Below are positions 35,425 to 36,498 of a DNA stretch of 36,498 nt, one piece after another. Within the stretch, counting starts at the first letter, position 1, and every line of letters starts with the position of its first letter. Made by a program: the position numbers and the translations under genes. Location of the stretch: contig NC_068988.1 of assembly GCF_001194135.2 (NCBI RefSeq), positions 47,837,927 to 47,874,424 of the forward strand. The letters are read 5' to 3'. Origin of the DNA: Octopus bimaculoides (Eukaryota). The notes beneath the pieces were generated by a model that was not told the origin of the DNA, searched no databases, and saw nothing but the letters and a program-made list of their open reading frames with translations.

Positions 35425-35935
35425 ATGTGTGTGTGTGCAGGTACTGGAATCAATCCATTCTTTTATTCTTTTACTTGTTTCAGTCATTTGACTGTGGCAA
35501 TGCTGGAGCACCGCCTTTTAGTCGAGCACATCGACCCCAGGACTTATGCTTTGTAAGCCTAGTACTTATTCTATCGGTCTCTTTTTGCCAAACCACTAAG
35601 TTATGGGGACGTAAGCATACCAGCATTACATGTCAAACGATGTTGGGGGGACAAACACAGACATCCAAACACACACACATATATATATGACAGGCTCCTT
35701 TCAGTTTCCGTCTACCAAACCCACTCACAAGGCTTTGATCGGCCCAAGGCTATAGCAGATGACACTTGCCCAAGGTGCCACACAGTGAGACTGAACCCGG
35801 AACCATGTGGTTGTTCAGCAAGCTACTAACCACACAGCCACTCTGGCGCCTATTCAACTAAAAATTCATCAGGGTGATGCTCCACTATGGCCACAGCCTA
35901 ATGCTTGAAGCATGTAAAAAATAAACGATAAAAAA
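35251..35935 (+). mobile_element. Older, degenerate SINE-A-like copy split by a younger antisense SINE A
   Basis: Head and body at 35251-35383, (TG)n, gtactggaatcaatccattc at 35441-35460, continuing after the insertion as aactaaaa…gatgctccactatggccacagcc; compare 32847-32900. Confidence 0.75.
35461..35851 (-). mobile_element. Full-length SINE family A nested in the older copy, with apparent TSD ATTC
   Basis: Reverse complement matches 32536-32940; ATTC at 35457-35460 and 35852-35855. Confidence 0.92.
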
Positions 35936-36235
35936 TAACACCCTAGTGATAGCAATGTGATAGTAGTAATGCTATGTAATATCAAATAGTGTCATCAACA
36001 TTTTTCTCTTCTCTTTCAAGTAGGTATCAGTGACATGAAACTTTTTAAAGCAATACCTTACAGTTAAATGCCTTTCTTGAAGCCAACATTTATGTCCTTT
36101 CTTCTGTCATGCAGAAATACAGTATACCCATTCTAATATGTAGGATATTCATGGTATATCATGATATAACAGTGATATAACAGTGATATGTGATATAACA
36201 GTGCAGTGATAGTATGTTATATACAGAAGCATTCT

Positions 36236-36470
36236 CTCTTTCTTATATTCTTCAACATGTTTCAGTCATTTGACTATGGGCATGCTGAGGCACCGTCTAG
36301 ATGAAGACATTGGCCCCAGGACTTTTCAAGCCTAGTACTTCTTTGCAAGCCTAGTAATTATCCTATCACCCTCGTTTGCTGAAAAACTGAGTTACGAGGA
36401 TGTAAACACACCAACATCAGGTGTCAAGTGATGGTGCAGGGAGAAACACAGACACAAAGACACACGCACA
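36236..36470 (-). mobile_element. 3' half of a degenerate SINE family A copy
   Basis: tgtttcagtcatttgact…ccccaggac…agcctagta…gtaaacacacca…aaacacagacac matches the 17440-17640 region. Confidence 0.8.
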
Positions 36471-36498
36471 CGTTTTTTTTAACTATATATATATATAT

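Noticed and set aside
36165-36205. Short 11-bp tandem (GATATAACAGT) x3
   Set aside because: Ordinary slippage repeat.
1-36498. Most ORFs in the supplied track (poly-YI, CV, HT, poly-D/E/R/S/L/I and X-filled ORFs)
   Set aside because: They are translations of microsatellites or N-gaps, not evidence of coding.

Overview
Eukaryotic, AT-rich, repeat-dense non-coding DNA from a fragmented draft assembly: nine N-gaps, most next to microsatellites. The dominant tRNA-derived SINE family and overall composition match my recollection of octopod cephalopod (Octopus) genomes; this is recall, not a database result. No intact protein-coding gene can be supported, and most of the supplied ORF track is translated microsatellite or N-run. 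Supported content: (i) about a dozen tRNA-headed SINE copies or fragments of at least four families; (ii) three 3' remnants and one RT fragment of R4/Dong-like RLE non-LTR retrotransposons with (TAA)n tails; (iii) a DD37D (maT-type) Tc1/mariner remnant, a mariner C-terminal remnant, a Penelope-like GIY-YIG remnant and hAT-like MITE pieces; (iv) many micro- and minisatellites. A few weak candidate exons lie on the + strand. The most unusual unexplained object is at about 34.67-35.09 kb: a tRNA-Glu(TTC) fragment fused to a GC-rich, hairpin-rich body, followed by an array of GAGGY-N5-RCCTC hairpins with a compensatory change. A perfect 56-bp palindrome joins the mariner and RT remnants at 20841-20896.
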